In this document: piece after piece, positions 25,905 through 40,000 of the stretch | Layout: each line of letters starts with the position of its first letter | How positions within the stretch are numbered: position 1 is the stretch's first letter | NCBI GenBank assembly: GCA_964016885.1 | Contig: OZ024745.1 | Location: forward strand, 133,424,001 to 133,488,000 | DNA: 64,000 nucleotides | Origin: Eledone cirrhosa | Taxonomy: Eukaryota | Reading direction: 5' to 3' | Position numbers and translations under genes: made by a program | Notes under the pieces: model-generated | What the model was told of the DNA's origin: nothing | Seen by the model: the letters and a program-made list of their open reading frames with translations, nothing else | The model's database searches: none

Positions 25905-28900
25905 GATTCAGAAGTCTCAGATACGAGAACCTCTACATCTCCAAGTGAGAATGAAGAGGAACCCCAAAAATGCAAAAAACAAAAAAGACACAAAAAAAGA
26001 GACAAAAACATCTACAGAAAACACGCACACACCCAACCCTACCATAAACACACCGCCACAAACGACAAATACACCAACAATACAATCACCATCAACACAA
26101 CCAAACACTTCACCAACAAAACAAACACACACACCATCACAATCACAAACCCCAACCACAAAAAGAAAACTACAAACAGAAACAGTACACATAAAAAACA
26201 AAACACACTACACACATAAAAACAAGAAACAAAGAACTGGTGGAAACTGTCCGAAAGGACCCCATAATACAAACGGAAGGGAAAACCTTCCCCACCAACG
26301 ACCCACCCCCAAACCTCAAACTTATCAGGGTAACAACCCTACAGTATGAAACATTAAAAAAGAACTTCCCACATCATGTGGGCCCCCTTTGCCAAAGCCC
26401 CTTAACCGTGTCCTGCTAAAAGGATTCCCTCCCTCCCCAAACACCACCAATCTGGACATGGAGATCGAACAACCCAACCTCCAGGAAACGAAAAGGTAAG
26501 TGCTCCTGCCTTTTCTCTCTTTAACTCTTCTTCACCAACATGGCGACTATACAAGCTGGATGTTTGAATGTACGTGGTATGGGTATGTCCTGGAAATAGG
26601 GCCAGCTTTTAAATGATCTCAGGCCACATTGTATAGATGTGATAGCCATCACCGAGTCCAGAATTCACGACAAGCAGCAGCTAACCCCCATGTTCGATGA
26701 TTTTGATATCTACTCATCTCTCTGTCAGCCAGGAGGTGGAGGAGGAGTTGCTGTTCTGTTTCGAAAAAACTTGGATCTCAAAATACAGACGATTCACTTG
26801 GACCCGGAGGGCAGCCTGGTGGTCCTGAACGTGAATGGTAGTGAAGGTGGAGCTTTCAGACTGGTGGCCGTATATGCCCCGACTGGGACATTGCGACCAG
26901 AGTTCTTCAAGCGTCTGGAGACATTCCTGGGAACGTCTCGCTCGTTAGTGTTAGCGGGTGACTGGAATGGTATCTTAGACGCACGTTGGGAATATGTAGG
27001 AGCTTGTGATAATAGAGGGGGTGTAATAGCCTCAAAAATCTCATCAGCCAATCCCAACTGGCTGATAGATATTGACTAGACTTCCCAAGTGCTCCACTGT
27101 CGACGTGGAGCAATCGCACTGGGTCTTCTAGATCTTATTTAGATAGATTTTTAATTAGACAGAATGATAAGGAAATATTTAGCTGTCCACAAATGCACAT
27201 GGTTGCCTATTCAGACCACAAATTAGTCACCTGCGTAGTCAACCTTGATAGAACACATAGACAGGGACCCGGATACTGGAAGCTAAACATGTCACTCCCG
27301 GCGTGTAAGGCCTACAGTAAACGGATTAGCATCTTAATTAAGTGCCAGTTGACGGGGGCGATCGTCAACAACAGGTGGTGGAGCTCTCTCAAGAGAGCAA
27401 TTAGAATAGAATCGATATCATTTAGCAAAGAAGTAGCTTTAGAAAAAAACAAAACTGAAAAGGAACTGGCAGCTAAAATAGAAGAGACACTTAGGAATGG
27501 CAGTACAGCTGACGTGCTAGCGACGAGAACGGCACTAGACCAGTTCTTCAACGTGAAACACGGAAGTTGTATTATCAGAAGTAGAACACGTGCTCTAAGA
27601 AACGAGGGAGCCAAAGCTGTTAGCTGGACCCGAGTGGCAGAGGCGAAAAGTGGCAACAAATCCACAATTCGGTCTTTGCAAGACAAAGATGGCCGCATTA
27701 TACTTGAATCCAAGCAGATGTGCGCGGCCTTCCAGCAGCATTTTACACAACTGTTCGGGCAAAGCGGTACATCGAGCTAGGTGATGGACTTCAGCTCCTA
27801 CCTCGACGGCGTATCGCGACTCTCGAGCACGGATGCGGAGAGCTGTGAAAAGCCGATCACAGCGGGCGAAATAGAAGATGCCCCAGGCCGCTGTGGGAAA
27901 CGCAAATCACCCTGTTTAGATGGTCTACCCTATGAGTTTTACATAGACATGCCAGACTTGTTCTCTGGCATCCTCGAAGCGGTCCACTGCAACTGGCATC
28001 AGAACGGGAGGATTCCCAGTTCTGTAGGCAGAGGTGTAGTAACGCTGATCAGGAAAGATGAGAACAAGGGGGGTGAGATAAGCAACTTCAGGCCCATAAC
28101 TCTGCTAAACACAGAGTTAAAGATTTTGGCCAAGGTATTAGCAGCAAGGCTGGCGCTTGTCGTCGAGAACCTCGTAGGGGAAGCCCAAACGTGTGCAATC
28201 CCGACCAGGTCCATACACGACAACCTCCACATCATGCAATACATCATAGAGACTGTAGGGTGTAAAACTGGCTTTGGTGGGGCTCTGATCAATTTAGATC
28301 AGTCTAAGGCATTTGATACGGTCGACCATCAATACTTGGAAGCAGTCCTTAAGGCGGTCCCGTCTTCAGAGGCTGGATCGCTGCCAGGCACACCAGCATC
28401 TGCTCGGCAGTTAAGGTGAGTGGCTACCTATCAGAGCCATTCCAAATCATGCGTTCCATCCGTCAGGGATGCCCTCTCTCCTCCTTTCTGTATATACTGA
28501 CTCTCGAGCCATTACTGCGGAAATTGGAGCTGTTGCAGGGCATCCCGATCGAACCAGGACTGCGGAAAGCACCGTCAGCCTATGCCGACCACATAACCGT
28601 AATGATGTCGAAAACTTCGGAAATCGGGGTAATCGGCAACCTATTACAGGAATACGAAAGGTTGACAGGAGCAAGACTAAACCCAAACAAGTCTGTCGGT
28701 TTGCAACTCGGCACATGGAGAGGCAAACCCATGTGTTCCGACAGTGTCGTTGGACGCTGGACGGAAGGACCGGTGAAATTGCTCGGGTCTGGTTCTGTCC
28801 AGACCTCCAGGTGGACAAGAACTGGAACGAGGTCACGGCTAAGATGTTTGCACTCACCTAGAAGTGGGATGGGTGCAAACTCTCCTTGAAAGGTCGAGCG

Positions 28901-30180
28901 GAGATGGCGAACACTTACATAGCGTCCGTCATCTACTACCACTTGACAGTCGTGCCTTGCCCCCGCGAATACCTTACCAAAATGGAACGCTTACTCTTCA
29001 AGTTCCTCTGGGAGAAACAGGCTCCATTGGTGAGGAGATCCATCTGCTGTCAACACCCTTCTAACGGAGGGCTGGACATGCTGTGGCTAATGATGCGCAA
29101 ACATGCGCTGAGGCTACGCCATCTCCAGGTATTCCTGACCGGTGAACCGGTGTGGCTGTCGTTTGTGAGACAAGCTCTTCCACAACTCGTCTCACTAACA
29201 GAGCTGCAGTCCTGTGTCAAGCGAAGACCGAAAATGGGTGCCTGGCACCTCGAGTGCTTACAGGCGCTCACAGCCCTCTACCAAGCGGGAACAGCAATAA
29301 CACTTCGACATTCTATAGGGGATTAGTGGAGGATAAGTGCGACGACGTTCTCGGGGAAACTCTAAGCATGTAGGAGGACGAGCTGACCAGTCTGTTCGGG
29401 AGGACTTGCCGTCCAGGGCCTATGAATAACTTCCAGAGGTCTCTGGCCTGGCAGTGCTACCGAGGAGCTCTACCAGTTCGAGACAAAATCTACAGGCATG
29501 GACGCCCTGGCAGAGATCCTGCCAAAACGACAGGTCCAAGATGCGAGCAGGACATCGAAACCGTTCTGCATGCAATTGTTGAGTGCCCAGGGGTGCCCGA
29601 CCTGTGGAATTCTGTCGAAAATCTGCTGTCACGTGTGGGACGCATCCAGTTGTCAGCCGAGTCCATCGTGAGGATCACCCCGCCGCCTTCATTTAAGAAC
29701 GAAGGAGAGGCGGTTTTCCTCTGTCTGGTGGCTATGGCGAAATAGGTAATATGGTGGACGAGGTTAAAAGGACTGAGGGCAAACAACTTATCCCCTTCTT
29801 TAAGTATCACTTCAGAAGGAAGGTGAGAGTGGAGAGAGAGGTGCTAAACCCCAGTAAATTCGCTGAAAGGTGGGTGAATGTGGTAAAAAAGGCCTGAGTG
29901 AATGGGCCTTCTCTGTATATAAACCTGTAGTTTGAGGAAGATAAACAGATGGAAGACAGGAACACCTACAAAACGTGTTCCTGGTGTTGAGGGTTGTTCT
30001 ATACATGGGGTGTAAAACAACACTGCAGTAACGTTACCCCCTACTGGGGATTTCAATTGTTATTTTATTATATATAGTTTATTGTTATTTATTAATGTTA
30101 AAGTTATTTTTGTGTAAAACCCCCGCCGTCACGTCTTGTAATGTCCCATTTTTGTACGCCGCTGTGGCAAATAAAGAAAG
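25905..30180 (+). mobile_element. Tx1/L1-clade LINE, 5'-truncated in ORF1, decayed APE-RT ORF2
   Basis: ORF2 from ATG 26540: LNVRG, AITES, VAVYAP, LAGDWN, SYLDRF, SDHK, GPGYWKLN, FRPITLLN, LDQSKAFD, IRQGCPLS, YADH, C-terminal CEQDIETVLHAIVEC; ends aataaagaaa within (TATC)n. Confidence 0.93.
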
Positions 30181-30681
30181 ATATCTATCTATCTATCTAT
30201 GTAAGTATGTATGCATGTATGTCTGGATGTAGTATGTAAGTATGTAATTATGTACGTGTGTATGCAGGTACGTATATTTGTCTATATGTATACATGTTTG
30301 CGTGAGTGAAACACACGGTAGTGGGATGGAACTATATCGACTGTATTCTATATCAGAATATAACTTAATTCATGGAATATGTGGTTTCTTATCATACTTT
30401 AAAGTACAAGATTTAGGAAATAATTAGATTACTGTAGCTTTAAGGCAGATGATGTCATAAGCCAAGTGATTTTACCTGAGATAAAAATGGAAATTGTAAT
30501 TGGCAAATGCTCACTTCCATAATATTTGTATAAAGCATATTTTTTTCTGGGATGCAAAATCCTGTATTGTAGTGTAGGAGAAAAGATGTTACTGCTTTAA
30601 TATCGTGTATAGATACATACAGATATTTATTTATCTATCTATCTATCTATCTCTCTTTATATATATATATATATATATATA

Positions 30682-30883
30682 GAACGAGTAGGACCCTGAC
30701 GGCTGAGCTCAAGCCGTTTCGACGGCTAATTCTGGACTAAAGTTTTAGTCCAGAATTAACCGTCGAAACAGCTTGAGCTCAGCCGTCGGGGTCCTACTCG
30801 TTCCTATTAGCCACTCTACTACCCTAAGTATTGAGTACTTTGGTACGTTATGGTCCACCTGGTTCCTTACCACATTTCCTTCG

Positions 30884-30884
<1 letters not shown>
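30682..30884 (+). mobile_element. Family P2 element as a near-perfect palindrome (about 60-bp arms) plus 80-bp extension, in (TA)n
   Basis: 30682-30741 is the reverse complement of 30744-30803 with about 3 mismatches. Confidence 0.88.
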
Positions 30885-30927
<43 letters not shown>

Positions 30928-31354
30928 AGGGAGAAAGAGAGGATTATGAGGAAAAAAACATTTTATTTTCTTTTTTTTGTGTCTCTCTATATATTTATAT
31001 CTGTATTTGATAGACTATATATATATATATATAATACTATTTATAGTTATGTATATAGTATAAACAACTATAAACAGGAAGGTCAGTAATTTCTTAATTA
31101 CCTTATTACTAGTAAAAGAAATACCTCAATGTATGAACATCAGTTGTTCTACAGAGCAGTTACATAATCCATTCCACCCTGTAAAAACGAAACTGTTGCT
31201 CTCAACATCAATTTATATGTATTTATATTATTGTTCAGTTGAATAGGAGGGTAATTATATGTGCAAACATTGATAATGCTCCGATAACTCCAAACGAGAG
31301 TTTGGAAGAAACGATTGATTTGAACACAACTTTGATAATTGTATAATTTATTTA

Positions 31355-31495
31355 TTATATATATATTTATATCTGTATTTTTAACCGTTGGTCAATCAAT
31401 GATAAACATTGATTGTCAAATAAATTAACTATGGAGATAGAAAAGATACAGAAGCGAAAACCAACCAAACAGTGAGCGTGTTCTGTTATTATAAT
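31355..31495 (+). mobile_element. PLE pLTR family P1 fragment
   Basis: tttaaccgttggtcaatcaatgataaacattgattg matches 2703-2740 and the reverse complement of 46445-46490. Confidence 0.8.
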
Positions 31496-32477
31496 ATAAT
31501 ATAATATACTTGTAACAATATTAAAATTAAAATTAAAATTAAAAGGCACAATATACATATGTATATATATACGCACACGTACGCACATATACATATACAT
31601 CAATACACATTTCCATCATTAACAGCACAAATTAAACCTTATTAAGAGTTTAAATATAAATAAGCATAATAAGAATAAAAATAAAAATAATACGTATATC
31701 TAATATACAGTATAACATGAAGTAATGAAATGATTAAAAGTAACACATATAATATATAATAAACTATATAATTATATAATATATAATATAATACAATAGA
31801 TAATCTCCGGTTAATTTACACAAACAATATAGATGTCACAATAACACTATAATAATAATATAATAATATATAATATATAATGGCATGTAAGTTAACAAAT
31901 CAATTCATATAGAGTTGCAGAGCAGGTGAGAAAAAAAATATAAATTGTACAATACCCAAAATTATGATGGTACAAAAATATATAAACATCTTACATGATA
32001 TATAAAATTTAACATATCATAATGGTACGTAAAAACATTGGGAAGTAATAAGGATCAATAGTACATTTACAAATAGTTGAATAACAACTTCAATATAAAA
32101 TAATGAACATAATATAATATATAATTACTTATAATTACAAGGTTGGTAAACAGACACATATGTGAATAAGTGAATAAGGGCCAGACAGAAAATACTATGC
32201 ACAGTAGTATTAATAAATAAATAAATAAAATCGACCGGAAATCAAAAAACAAAAACAAAAGTATTTACTTAGGTCTCACATGCAGATAAGTAAAAACTTA
32301 GGAAACAACCCGGATAAATGACTAGAAAACCCTATTTGATAAATTAATATTGAAAATATTTAAAATACCTAATAAGGCAATACAATATTAGCTATGGTTT
32401 AAGTGATCAAAATTCCTAAACATTAATATTTCACTATAAATATATATAGAAAGGAATGAAATATATATATATATATA

Positions 32478-32825
32478 TGAAAAAGAACACAAGAGCGTCT
32501 ACAACATCAAAAGATTTTTATTGGCTTACAATGTTTCTTCCTTACGTAACCGTAGGATTCGTCAGAGCTATAAAAGGGGTTTGATTGGTGTTATGGACTC
32601 TACCAACCAAACATTCAAGAACAAAGAGTAGAGAGAGTAAAGAGCAAAAGTAGGGGACGATAAGTCTAATTTTGGTGCGGGAGGGTGGGGTGTGGGTCCT
32701 TGTTTACTAGCTGCGGTCATATTCATTCCCGGGAGTCGGGTGGTTAGCTGAACCATAGATGGGGTGGCGTCGATAGTATGGTGCAGAGGGTGCGCAGAGG
32801 CTACACAAACACAAAGGGCATACAA
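32478..32825 (-). mobile_element. About 345-bp non-coding element between (TA)n tracts, probable PLE pLTR
   Basis: (TA)n on both sides; CCAAT and TATA-like sequence directly upstream of an intact hammerhead core on the minus strand. Confidence 0.6.
32524..32568 (-). ncRNA. Minimal type I hammerhead ribozyme motif, intact core
   Basis: GCT-CTGACGA-A-TCCTACG-GTTA-CGTAAGGA-A-GAAA-CATTG-TA-AGC. Confidence 0.75.
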
Positions 32826-32895
32826 TATATATATATATATATATATATATAGCGGAGGAGAAAGTACATGAGGTAATTAGAAATGGAAAAAGAGT

Positions 32896-33086
32896 AATAA
32901 TAATTGTTTCTACTTTTGGCACAAGGCCAGCAATTATCCCAGTGTATTACTGGTACTTTATTTTATCGACCCCGTAAGGATGAAAGGCAAAGTTAACCTC
33001 GGTGGGATTTGAACTCAGACCATAAAGGGACGTAACTCTTTGCTGCAAAGAATGGCGTCCGACTCTCTACCGATACTGCCAATCCA
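32896..33086 (-). mobile_element. SINE family A, near full-length
   Basis: Reverse complement of head, B-box, core and tail. Confidence 0.88.
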
Positions 33087-34207
33087 TAATAATAATAATC
33101 TATAATTAATAGTGTATAATAAGGCATGGGGAAGATTACACTATAATAAGGTATAAAAGTAAGAATAAGGTAAAATATAAAGGAGGATAAAAGTGGAAAT
33201 AATAAAGATAAAAAAATAAAGATAAAAAAATATATAGAGAATATATAAAGAAATATAAGCGAATATTTGGAGGGGAAAACACAATATAAAAAGAACCGAT
33301 TTTTTCAAATAATAATAAAAAAAATATAATAATTATGGGGGGAGAAAACGGGATAGAGAAATATGATCAAGTGTGATTAGTTGAGAGAATATATATATAT
33401 ATATAATTTCCTTGAGTCATTGACGCACTGGGGTAAGATATCTTGTCTTTAGAAATATCCATGACCCACAGCAGACAACTGATGAAGGAAAACTTCTCCC
33501 GTTCATGCTTTCCTCTTATTTATACGTACACCTTATCCAGCAACAACACACCTCCTGTTTCGTCTTATGTATATATATATATAGCAAATGAGTGAAGAGT
33601 AACGTGGTCGACTGTACAATAGGATTTTTTCAAAGTATTAACAATTGTTTCATTAGTCCTGTGTGTCTAAAAATTGCTGAACGCCAGAAGCTACGTCACT
33701 CGATTTTAATTACAGTCGATACCCGTCAAAATCATCAGAATACTCATCTGTGTACATGATACAGTGCACTAGTTAAAACTATCCTCGATACAGAGTACTC
33801 ATAACCTCTACTTGAATTACCTTAAACGATATCTTGTTAACTTATATATATAAATAGGGGAGGTTCTATTGAGCTACTGAAAGTAGTTTTTTGGTATATG
33901 TTTTCCTCTCGATTTAAGGGCGTAAATGATTAACAAGGGGGCATGCTTTAACATTGATTACAGTGTAAGAAGTTAAAGGACCGAACTACTCACTTGAGGT
34001 GCGTTTCTTCTCTGAAAAACTTCTGCTATCCATCTCTCCTGAGAGTATCGTACCACATGAGTATAAACCTGAGAGAGGTTTCTACATGTGGAATTTACTC
34101 TGATTAACTCTCATCCATTCTAGTCAGATTTTAATTATATGTGACTTACAAGTGTCTATTATACTTCTCTATTAATATCATCCTTAATACACTAAATATT
34201 TATATAG

Positions 34208-34352
34208 TGAAGGCGCATTGCTTAGTGGTTAGAGCGTTGAGTTTGCAATCGAAAGATTGTGAGTTCAATTTTCTGACCGAGTGATGCGTTGTGTCCTTGA
34301 GCAAGACACTTTATTTCACGTTGCTCCAGTTTACTCAGCTGTAGAAATGAGA
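34208..34352 (+). mobile_element. tRNA-derived SINE family B (CORE-like ccttgagcaagacactt)
   Basis: A-box ttgcttagtggttagag, B-box gagttcaatttt, central gtccttgagcaagacactttatttcacgttgctccag; related to 52114 and 55452. Confidence 0.8.
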
Positions 34353-34927
34353 TGATAGGACTGGGGTCCCTATCATTAAATCACCCAAGACACCTGATAT
34401 ACTTTGGAGCTGTCACACATATACACTAAATATAGACTTGTCGTAAATTAGAACCTAGTAGCATTTGAGGCAAGATCAACACGTGTTTTAGATTCCGAAT
34501 TTTAAATCGTTTCACTTTACTTCTGCGTTTACATCTAGTTAAGTGGGTAAACTACAGTAAAATCACATTTACGTCTCTTCTTTATTTGTAAAAGTTTATT
34601 ACTATGATAGAAATCAATATTTTGCTGAAAGCGTATTTACTTCACCAATTAGGCGGTTGATGTATTTTAAACAGGCAGATATGATATTTCCTCGCGATTT
34701 TTACAAGCAATATTGAAAACGCCAAATAGAATGTAGCAAAAAGAAACTGAGCAATATAATAAGACACAAACTTCTCCGAAATACTCCGAAATCATTATGA
34801 AAATTTAATGCATTTTACATACGTTTTTATCTGATCTGCCGAAGAAACTGTTTCGGATCATCTTAAATATTTGCTTTTAAGTTTATATATATACATATTT
34901 ATATACATACACACACACACAGACATA

Positions 34928-35090
<163 letters not shown>

Positions 35091-35453
35091 CAAACATAAA
35101 ATATATATAGTGTGTGTACAAAGAGAGGGAGAGGGAGAGATACAGAAAGAAGCAGGGAAAGAAAGAACGAGATTTTATTACTGATTTGAAATCAAAATTT
35201 TAATAGGATCATTTACAAGAAATTTATGCGTCCACTTTGATATTTGCGTTGTGAAAACTCTGATTCGATTTTCAATTGGATTCATAATATATGTTTTACA
35301 AGTAACCAGCTTTAAATCTTCACATCTTCTAATTATTTCGGAAACAAACTTAGAATATATTAAATCTCAGATTTTTTTAAGTACACTAAAATGAAATTTT
35401 ACTATATTTTCTGTTATTTCAGCTGGCAAAATAACATAAACGGAAATACTATA

Positions 35454-35729
<276 letters not shown>

Positions 35730-35931
35730 AAGTATACACGTTAGCAACCGTTCTATACAAATCACGCGCATACTTAAAATGATAAAAGACAGGATTTGCT
35801 AAAAATTGATGTTATCAAAGCCTGCTTTCTCTGTTTTAAATCATCAAAATAGTTGTTATTGTGTTAAATTGTTTTTTCAATGAAAATCCTGCATGCTGAT
35901 TTTCGACCAATGTGGTCAAATATATATATTT

Positions 35932-36014
<83 letters not shown>

Positions 36015-36016
<2 letters not shown>

Positions 36017-36158
36017 AAAATAACAGATTAAAGTTTAAGCAAAGAATCGCTGCTTTCACCCTTAACGGGATCTTCTGAAACTAAAAAAATCAATCTGTGA
36101 ACGTAAATATTTCAGAAAATGTTGCAAGCGAAGCAAGACAGGAAGACGATACTTTGGT
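36015..36158 (-). mobile_element. Second, truncated copy of the 5746-5945 repeat
   Basis: ttaaaataacagattaaagttta...gacgatactttggt shared between the two copies. Confidence 0.8.
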
Positions 36159-36159
36159 A

Positions 36160-37097
36160 TTATTATTATCATTATAATTATTGTTCTTTGAGTCTCAGTC
36201 ATTGATGTTATTTAACTGGAAAGTTTGTTGTAATGAATATCAAGCCACTACCTGCAGCCTCAGATATTCAGGACGTATCGGAGGGTTCTTTCTGTTCCCA
36301 GAAAGCATGCCTTTTGTCCCGGGTGGGACCAATTTTCTTTGACCATCCTTGGAAACTCTTTGAGATAGTGCCTAGTGCGCCTATAACAATCGGGACCACT
36401 TTGACTTCATAGCAGTTCCAAATCTTTTTTACCTCCCACTTTAAGTCCTGGTATCGGTTAATTTTCTCCCTCTCCTTCTCTTGCACTCTCGTGTCGAATG
36501 GGCAGGCTACATCCACAATCAGGCACGATCCTTTGCCCTTGTCCAAAACCACCGGGTCAGGTCTATTGTGTTCCAGTTTCTTGTCCGTCTGTATCCTAAA
36601 ATCCCACGGCACCTTCACCTGATCGTTTTCCATCACCGACTCTGGCTTATGCTCATACCACTTCTCAGAATGTGGTAAATTGTTTACTTTTCATAGGTGC
36701 CAGTGGATCACCCTGCCCATCACATCATGTCTCCAGCCCTCATAGTGAGTCTGGGCTAGGTGTTTACACTCGGATACAATGTGAGCCACAGTCTCCTCTC
36801 TCTCCACAGATCCTACACAGTGGGCTAGCCTCCTCCTTGTAAATATGGTGTTTCAGCCACTTCGTTTTGAGGGCCTGCTCTTGCGCAGCCATTAACATTC
36901 CTTCTGTAGCCTTTTTAAGGTCTCCTCTGTTCAATCAGTTCCATGTCTGTGGATCTCTAAATTCAGTTTTCTCAAAGTAGGCACAATGAAGGGATTTTTC
37001 ATGAAGGTTGCTCTTTCTCCTTGTTGTTATTTCCTCCTTGGACATCCCCTGGTCAATTGTCCTCTCCTTCAGTACAATTCTGAGCAATGGCTCCCTA
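36160..37097 (-). mobile_element. 5'-truncated copy of the same Dong-like family as 19917-23548
   Basis: Reverse complement aligns closely to about 22600-23548; RPDPVV, IVDVACPFD, KINRYQDL, VPIVIGALGT; AAT-rich tail. Confidence 0.93.
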
Positions 37098-40000
37098 CTA
37101 TTATTATTATTTGCATTTATCTTGCTTTATGTTTATACGAGTTATCACCAAGTCACAACCAGTGACCTCAAGAGACAACAAGGTCCGCCATGTTCAAGAA
37201 AGAACACACATATTCACACATGCATCCTTAGTGTTTAGACTTGTGATGTACTTATATTGACAGGATCTTCCTTAGTATATGGGCAGTTCCCATTAGTACT
37301 ATCTTTTGTATTTCTCCTATACGCGGGTTTCCTGGGATTTGCGATAAGTAGTCGTTAGACCCCTTAGGTATCATTCCCAGAGCGCCTACAACCACTGGTA
37401 TTGTTTTAGTTCTCAATTTCCACATTTTTCCAATTTCTATCTCCAGGTCCTTATACTTGCTCAATTTTTCAAATGTTTTTATAGATACATTCTTGTCTAT
37501 TGGAACAGACATATCAATTAGCAGGCATACCCTCCTTTGAAAGTCCTTCAATATTATATCAGGTCTATTTGCATCTATTTTTCGGTCTGTTTGGATGCTA
37601 AAGTTCCACAAGATTGAGATGTGATCTTTTTCAAGTATGGGAGGTGGTTGATGCTCCCACCAATTCTTTTGATGGGGCAGGTCAAAATGCTTACACATTA
37701 TCCAATGTATGTATTGTGCAGCTCTGTCATGCCTGTTTAGGTATTCGGTTGGAGCTATGGGACTGCACATTGAAATTATATGGTCAATGGTCTCTGGTTG
37801 TTTTTTGCATACACGGCATAGTGGGCTGCACCCATTTTTTATTATGTTGGCTTGGTAATTTTTTGTTGGCAGACACTGATCTTGTGCGGATATAATCAGT
37901 CCTTCAGTCTCCGATTTCAGTCCAGAGGATGCCAACCACTGATGGGTTAAAGTTTTGTCAACATCAGGATTGTTAGCTCGCTCTGGGTATTTTCCATACA
38001 GAGGCTTTTCTTGCCATTTCTTAGCCAGTTTCTGTAGCAGTTCTTTCTTTGCAGTTACTTTTACCTGCTTTGCTTTTTCTGTGTTTTCCATTTCAGCAGT
38101 AAATGGGACTTCTGAAATTTGTAGTCCATTACTGTATCTTTGTGCATCTTTTGTAATGGAATATGATCTTTTGGTGCTTTCGTGTTTCAAAACGAGTTTG
38201 ATCATCCAATCATGTGATTCCCTTAGATATGTGGATAATCCAATTGTTGCAGTTTTCAACGCAATGTCTAACTGGATTAACCCACGTCCTCCTTCTTTCC
38301 TAGGGAGATATATTCTATCTATGTCTGCCTTAGGGTGATGCATTCTGTGCATGGTTAAGAATTTTCGGATTTTTGTATCGAGCCTACGGATCTCTGTGCT
38401 TGACCAGTTGATGACATTGTAACTGTAGGTTACTACTGGTATGGCAAGCGTGTTTATGGCATCGATCCTATTCCTTGCATTCAATTCCGTTCTTAAGATT
38501 GCTCTGACTCTGCGGTAACATTCCTTCCTTATCCTTTCCCTCATTGTCGAGTGCTTGATTCCGTCTCCTTCACAAACACCTAGATATTTGTAAGTTTGTT
38601 CTTGATCAAGCTCTCTTATCACGTTCCCCCGATCAAGATTAATGTCTGAACTCTTCAGCAGCTTTCCTCTGGTGAACGTTGCTTTGGCGCATTTATCCAG
38701 TCCAAACTCCATTTTAATGTCATCACTGAACTGCTTCACAGTGGATAATAGCCCTTGCAATTGTTCATCATTTTTTGCAAATAGTTTCAGGTCATCCATG
38801 TAGAACAGGTGATTAATGGTTTTGTCATAGACTCTATATCCATGTTTTGTTTCATTGAGCATTTTACTTAATGGTATAAGTGCGATGCAGAATAAAAGCG
38901 GTGATAAAGAGTCACCCTGAAAAATTCCACAATTAATGTTAACTTCTCCAGCTTCCAGTGATTTTGTTTCACTATTCAAAAGGAGTGTCGTTCTCCATGT
39001 CCTCATACTGAATGACAAAAACCTCCTGACAACGGGGGATATTTTGAAAATCTCTAAACATTTTTCAATCCAACTGTGTGGCAAACTATCAAATGCTTTT
39101 TTATAATCTATCCAAGCAATCGATAGATTTTTGTGTCTATTATGACAATCTTCCAGTATCATTTTGTTAACCAGAAGCTGATCCTTACAGCCATATGAGC
39201 CTCGTTTACACCCTTTCTGCTCAATGGGAAATAGGTCATTTGTTATCAGGTGGTCATATGTGTATTCAGTTAGGACTGATGTTAAAATTTTATACATTGT
39301 GGTCAAGCAGGTTATCGGTCTGTAATTTTTGGGATTGTTTGTCTCATCATTCTTCGGTAGCAGGAATGTAATGCCGTTGACTAGCCATGATGGTATCTTT
39401 TCTGGCTCCTTAACTATTTCATTGTAAAGTTGGGCTAACAGCTCATGAGACTCTGTGAAGGCATTTATCCAAAAGTTTTGTATTTTGTCTTTTCCTGGGG
39501 ATTTCCATTTGCTGGTTTTTCTTAGAGCCAAGCGCAGCTGTTCAACTGTTATATTTTCCCATGTTTGTTCTTCAAGGTGAGCTGTTTCTTTCATTTGTCT
39601 GTCTATCCATGGGGCATGTATGTTATGAACTTTTTCTTCGGCCCAGATCTTTTCCCAGAATTCTTGCACTTCCTCCTTGGGTGGTATTGATTTAGCAGTT
39701 ATTGTTGACTTACCAATTTTTCTGTAGAAGTTTCTTTGGTTGTTTTTGAACATATTATTATCCTTATAGAATCTAGATCGTTTTTCAAAGCGCCTTATAC
39801 GAGCAGCTTTGGCCGACACTTTTTGCTTGATTGTTTCTATCAGCATGTCTATGTCACATGTTGATCTTATACTGTACTTTTTTTTCAATTTTCTAAGTTT
39901 AGTTTGTTTAACATGTTCACCTACTTTATAGTTTGTTAAAATTTCTATGTCAGATCGGAGAAGGTTTATTTGGCGATTGATGTTATCTTGCCAAGTAGAT

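Noticed and set aside
33478-33512. CTGATGAAGGAAAACTT as a hammerhead
   Set aside because: First core and a short stem are present but no downstream GAAA or stem III; at best a remnant
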